A DNA stretch of 64,000 nt from a virus. Each line of letters opens with the position of its first letter. Positions within the stretch are counted from its first letter, which is position 1. The notes under the pieces are model-generated. The model was given only the letters and a program-made list of their open reading frames with translations. It was not told the origin of the DNA and did not search any database. This document shows, piece by piece, positions 59,536 through 64,000 of the stretch. The position numbers were made by a program, and so were the translations under genes. The stretch spans positions 1 through 64,000 of IMG/VR virus record IMGVR_UViG_3300043172_000501; one strand, given 5' to 3'.

Positions 59536-59939
59536 AATCAAATGCACCACGCTTAAGACTGAAGGCAGATATTGACTTTACTAAAGCTAATCCTCTCTGC
59601 ATGAAATGTAGAGGGACTGGAATGTCAGGGCATAAAAAAATCGACAACCCAGAAAGTCCAAGCGAGAAGGTAGATATACCAATTATCTGTACTTGCTTGA
59701 CTAGATCAGGTGGCGTTAAAGAAGATGCTATGGATAGAATTATGAAAGAAGTTGATGAGCAACTTGACACAGGAATGTTTGCTGGACAACTAGCCAAAGA
59801 TATTCAGAACCTACCAGCCGACGCAAGAGTTAAAGCAATCAACTCATTGAATGAACAATTAAAAGATACAAAAAAAGAACCAAGAGTTTTAAAAGCAATA
59901 CAAGAAACTTTAGATATCTTGAAAAAGGAGAGTAACTAA
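59523..59939 (+). CDS. zinc-finger hypothetical protein
   Basis: CMKCRGTG...CTC. Confidence 0.6.
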   Translation: MDEIKSNAPRLRLKADIDFTKANPLCMKCRGTGMSGHKKIDNPESPSEKVDIPIICTCLTRSGGVKEDAMDRIMKEVDEQLDTGMFAGQLAKDIQNLPADARVKAINSLNEQLKDTKKEPRVLKAIQETLDILKKESN

Positions 59940-60253
59940 TGTCATCATTTCCAGAAAATAAAATTGTCGAATTACCACAAGAAGTATTAGGTACAGTAGA
60001 CACAGGCATAGTCCCTATTGACTTAAACCAAATGTCAGATAAAGGCTTTGAATATTTCAAAGGAACCGGCGCCGCATTTACCGCTACACTTCAAGGATCA
60101 GTTGCCGGCAAAGTTTGGACAGAGATCGATGATCTTACTTCTACAGCTCAAGGAGCAATTCCCGCACAATACAATTACGCCCGTGTTAATATCACAGTGG
60201 CTGATCTTCTAGGAACTGACACTACATTATATGTTTGTGGCAAGGTTCTATAA
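59939..60253 (+). CDS. hypothetical (possibly virion) protein
   Basis: Coupled by TAATG at both ends; beta-rich. Confidence 0.6.
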   Translation: MSSFPENKIVELPQEVLGTVDTGIVPIDLNQMSDKGFEYFKGTGAAFTATLQGSVAGKVWTEIDDLTSTAQGAIPAQYNYARVNITVADLLGTDTTLYVCGKVL

Positions 60254-62346
60254 TGCCCGCTAAAAAAAAGGCTACCAAAGAGGTAGAAATAAAGTTTGGT
60301 AAAGAGTCTATTCCCGACCAGGTTAATAAAGAATTACCCGTGGCAACAAGTGTAATGAAACTCATGGCAAAAGGACGAGCCCTAGCCGGTGACGAGGTTG
60401 AAGAATCCCAAGCCCTGGGTAGCCTAGCTCAAGCGAATGAGCAATGGGGAAAGCTCGGAGCAGTCGTTCCACCCTATGACCCTGAGTCATTATTGAATTA
60501 CATTGAACTTACTCCACACCTTCAGCCTTGCATTGAATCTATGTCACAAAATATTGACGGCTACGGATACCAACCAGTATTAGTTGAACCATGGATGGAC
60601 AATATAGAAACGACCGACGCAGAGAAAGCTATTGCAGAAGCTCTATTCATTGAAGATTGGGTATCATCAGAAGAAGAAGCTCTCACTGCAGAAACTGAAG
60701 TCGAAGAATTAAAATCAGAAATTGCCCAGTTAAAGAAGGCTAAGAAGCCACGGAAGTTATCTCAAGCTGTTGCAAGATTAAAAGAATTAGAAGATCAACT
60801 TGCTGAACCTAAGCCAGAACCACCTAGTCCTGTATCGCCAGAAGACTTAGAGGAGGACATGGACGATGAAGAGGAAAACGAGATTGATGCGGAATACAGG
60901 CAACGTGTGGCAGAAGAGCAAGAAAAACTTACGACACAAATCAAGCGAGAGAGATTCATGTTCGATGCCTGGTTTAAAAACTGTTGTTCAGAATCATCAT
61001 TCACTAAGCTGCGAAAAAATATGCGAGAAGACTACGAAGCACATGGATGGGGATGCATCGAGTTCAGACGTGACGGCTACGGAAGATTGAAAAGACTTAG
61101 TTATGTTCCAGCATACACAGTCCGTCCAATGCAATCAGAAGGCGAAGTGGTCGAAGTAGCAGAAGATGACGCCATCACACCACTATCAGAAAACAGAGAA
61201 GTAATAGTCAAACGACGCTTCAGGATTTTCGTTCAGATAGTTGGCAGTAAAAAAGTTTATTACAAATCACCTGGCGACCCTCGTGTCATCTCACGCACTA
61301 CCGGCAAATCTTATGACTCAGTGCAATCTCTAACACGATCTAAAGAGTCTAATAAGAACCCAGGAGAAGGTAAGAAGGCTGTACCAGCTAATGAATTACT
61401 CTGGATAGCACAACACGATCCAAAGACACCCTGTCCACCACCAAGATGGATTGGAAATCTCTTGGCAGTGCTAGGCGTTAGAGAAGCCGACGAAACTAAT
61501 TATTTCTATCTTGCAGATAACGCTATTCCTTCAGGGATTTTATTTGTCCATGGCGGAACAGTTCCCAAGGCTACTAAAGAACGATTAGAAAAAAGAATCA
61601 AGCATGAGATAGGCGGAGCTGAGAACTCAGGAAAGATACTGATAGTAGAAGCTAAACCGGGCGGGACATCTAATCCAAACGAAAAGACCATGCAACCGTC
61701 CTTAACTTTTCAATCATTGAGAGACACTGGAAACAGTGATGCACTCTTCACTGAATACGATAAAAGAAGTGCAGACCGTATAGGGGCATCATTCAGATTA
61801 CCACCAATGCTTAGAGGTTACACCCCGTCATCAATGAACAGAGCTACAGCCCTTGCGTCTCTTGGGTTTGCCGAGCAACAAGTATTTGAACCAGAACGAC
61901 AAGACTTTGATTGGCTTATGAATAAATATGTACTGCCAGAAATCAATATAAAACTTTGGAAATTTCAGTCCAATTCACCACCAACACGCTCCGCAGAAGA
62001 CATCGGAAAACTTGTTCAAGCAACAGCTCCTCAAGGCGGTTTAATACCAGCTGAAATAAGAGAACTACTTGCAGATGTTCTAAACAGACCACTCAAAACT
62101 ATCAATGAGCCGTGGACACAACAACCAATGCCATTGACATTATCTGGCGGAGGCGGGGCTGTCCCAGGGGCTGGTGGAGACGCAGACATAAATGAGAGGC
62201 TTCTAGCTATTGAAAATACAATTGCCCAAGTGGTCACTGAAGAACTAAGACAAGCTGGGCTTGACCTAGAAGTAACAACAGGATTTGTAGACTCAGGAGA
62301 TGCCGATTTCGGTAGTGACGGTGATGACAATGAAGAAAAAAGTTGA
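60253..62346 (+). CDS. portal protein (PBSX-like)
   Basis: PPYDPESL, NIDGYG, GWGCIEF.RD, PRWIG, N.IPSG, FRLPPMLRG, QVFEPE; follows the terminase. Confidence 0.9.
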   Translation: MPAKKKATKEVEIKFGKESIPDQVNKELPVATSVMKLMAKGRALAGDEVEESQALGSLAQANEQWGKLGAVVPPYDPESLLNYIELTPHLQPCIESMSQNIDGYGYQPVLVEPWMDNIETTDAEKAIAEALFIEDWVSSEEEALTAETEVEELKSEIAQLKKAKKPRKLSQAVARLKELEDQLAEPKPEPPSPVSPEDLEEDMDDEEENEIDAEYRQRVAEEQEKLTTQIKRERFMFDAWFKNCCSESSFTKLRKNMREDYEAHGWGCIEFRRDGYGRLKRLSYVPAYTVRPMQSEGEVVEVAEDDAITPLSENREVIVKRRFRIFVQIVGSKKVYYKSPGDPRVISRTTGKSYDSVQSLTRSKESNKNPGEGKKAVPANELLWIAQHDPKTPCPPPRWIGNLLAVLGVREADETNYFYLADNAIPSGILFVHGGTVPKATKERLEKRIKHEIGGAENSGKILIVEAKPGGTSNPNEKTMQPSLTFQSLRDTGNSDALFTEYDKRSADRIGASFRLPPMLRGYTPSSMNRATALASLGFAEQQVFEPERQDFDWLMNKYVLPEINIKLWKFQSNSPPTRSAEDIGKLVQATAPQGGLIPAEIRELLADVLNRPLKTINEPWTQQPMPLTLSGGGGAVPGAGGDADINERLLAIENTIAQVVTEELRQAGLDLEVTTGFVDSGDADFGSDGDDNEEKS

Positions 62347-62528
62347 ACAACCTAGACCACAATTAGGACAAACATGGATACTAAAGAGAGACGAGTGGAG
62401 TCCATTTGAAGAAGTCGTGGTTGATAAAGTTGGATTATTCGGAGATGTATTCGCCAAGAATAAAAACGGAACACAAGTATGCATGACACAAAACAATTTC
62501 ACCAACGAGTATCGTCCGAAAGGAAAAG

Positions 62529-62918
62529 ATGACTGATAAATGGTATGAAGGACCGTGGAAAGTAATACCCGAAACATCTATGACACAGAGGGCAAGACTT
62601 AAACCCGGCGAGATAATGAAACATAAATCAGGGACAGTCCTACTCAATTGTCCAGCGTGTAACTCATTACAATTCGCCAAAGCCTCAGTCATTAGTTCTG
62701 ACATCTTGCCATCATTAGACAGGGCGATTCAATGTGGATCTGGCTTTTGTAAACGATGTGGTGTATGGTTCAGAATAATAGATGGTAAAACTATTGAACA
62801 AGAAAAGCAAAACCCTAAAACTATACCACTACCAAAGATATTAGTTGACGCAGGCGTTACAAAACAAAAGAGTCTAGCTGAAGAGATACGCAAAATAAGA
62901 AAACAACGAGGAGAATAA
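62529..62918 (+). CDS. DUF6527-like zinc-binding protein (divergent)
   Basis: LKPGE..LLNCPAC...SL...IQC..CGVWFRIIDG. Confidence 0.5.
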   Translation: MTDKWYEGPWKVIPETSMTQRARLKPGEIMKHKSGTVLLNCPACNSLQFAKASVISSDILPSLDRAIQCGSGFCKRCGVWFRIIDGKTIEQEKQNPKTIPLPKILVDAGVTKQKSLAEEIRKIRKQRGE

Positions 62919-62919
62919 A

Positions 62920-64000
62920 TTGCTGCTACCATGTTCCGCTAAAGAAGATGGTTATGCTTCACTATTTCCACATGTAGATTTTGGAAATGATTTAGCATTA
63001 GCCTTATATCGAGTAGGGATAAGAGCCAGTCACTCACCCGTGGCAGTCTCAGGATACGGAATGATTATTGTTAACTCTCGTGAGTGTAAGATGCTCACAT
63101 CCTACTCAATAAATGGCGCACGAATAGAAGCAATCAAAACATCAGGAGGCAAACCGTTCGTTTTAACACGGGCGATTGCAAGAGGAAAAGTGACACTACA
63201 TGAGAGATTAGAAAGTGTACACTTCGTCTCATTATCAGTCCTTAATAAATTAGATGAGGTAAAACTGATTGCACCAAACGGCGTATTACTCGAAAAAGCA
63301 AAAGATATTTTTGATAAAAAAGACATCAGGACAATCTCAAATACACTCGCCGGCAGACTACGTGGAGTAGATAAGAAGTTCATAAAACCTCACATGGACA
63401 AACTACTTAAACAACTAGTTGACGAGCCCTGGGAGAATCTGAATAAAAAAGATAGAGCCAAGGTATTTAAAAAACTAAATACACGAATGAAAGCCCTTGC
63501 TACTGAAAAGCTTTTGCCTATGTGGGAAAAAGAATTAAAAACCACAGTAGAAGTCGTCGGCAATAAAACTAAAAAACAAGTAACAGATAAGTTTTTCCCA
63601 CGCATAGGCACATCTTTTGACAGGGACGAAAAGAAAGCTCTTCAACAAATCGGTACACAACAAGGATGGTTTTTACGAGGCGCACAAGGTGAAGTATCCC
63701 AACGCATCACTAACAAAGGGCGCAAGATAGTTGAAGATGGACTATCAATGGGACTAGGTAGAAAAGAAATCGGCAAAAGATTAAAAGATAATTTGCCAAC
63801 TATGTGGGATAAATATGGAGACAACTACGCCAATGTAGTCGCATCTAACGCTGTGGTACGTGCTAGGTCGTTCTCTCAGCTTTCTACCTATCAAGATGCC
63901 GGCATTGAACTGATGGAAGTTATCGCCATCCTAGACGAGCGAACAAGTGATGTTTGCAGATACATGGATGGTCAAGTAATCAGCGTGAATGAGAGTATGA
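62920..64000 (+). CDS. minor head / head morphogenesis protein (Mu gpF/SPP1 gp7-like), 3'-truncated
   Basis: Not in the ORF track: GAGGAG RBS, TTG at 62920, frame open to the window end; VVRARSFSQLSTYQDAGI...AILDERTSDVCRYMDG. Confidence 0.85.
   Translation, partial: MLLPCSAKEDGYASLFPHVDFGNDLALALYRVGIRASHSPVAVSGYGMIIVNSRECKMLTSYSINGARIEAIKTSGGKPFVLTRAIARGKVTLHERLESVHFVSLSVLNKLDEVKLIAPNGVLLEKAKDIFDKKDIRTISNTLAGRLRGVDKKFIKPHMDKLLKQLVDEPWENLNKKDRAKVFKKLNTRMKALATEKLLPMWEKELKTTVEVVGNKTKKQVTDKFFPRIGTSFDRDEKKALQQIGTQQGWFLRGAQGEVSQRITNKGRKIVEDGLSMGLGRKEIGKRLKDNLPTMWDKYGDNYANVVASNAVVRARSFSQLSTYQDAGIELMEVIAILDERTSDVCRYMDGQVISVNESM

Noticed and set aside
224-63824. The many minus-strand ORFs in the track
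   Set aside because: They are shadows of A-rich + strand genes (S/F/L/I-rich), with no recognisable motifs or SD sites.

Overview
64 kb of an AT-rich, large tailed-phage genome, probably a myovirus. Essentially all credible genes lie on the + strand. The order is: end of the tail/baseplate module (1-6.8 kb); an early module (RadC-JAB, a DUF3150/DUF6744-like protein, RavA/MoxR AAA+, VWA, Lar-like, XRE) with structured intergenic RNAs; recombination and replication (YqaJ exonuclease, RecT, initiator, DnaB); candidate lysis genes; a 7-deazaguanine DNA-modification operon; SSB, an adenine MTase and HNH; about 18 kb of small accessory ORFs; then RuvC, terminase, portal and minor head protein. Highlights: (1) the deazaguanine operon has FolE, QueD, QueE, DpdL-like and DpdA-like genes but no QueC in the window, and also carries a radical SAM/SPASM enzyme, a P-loop kinase, a glycosyltransferase and two ParB-N proteins, suggesting an undescribed hypermodified base; (2) one ~70-aa helical module is shared by the MoxR/VWA partner protein, the YqaJ exonuclease and a third protein; (3) a gene nested in another frame inside a lipoprotein gene has a free-standing paralogue 0.5 kb downstream; (4) a family of sigma70 promoters with a palindrome over the -10, iteron-like AACNGTT pairs at two loci, and a tRNA-like mini-helix. 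All calls come from motif recognition by eye; no database searches were run.
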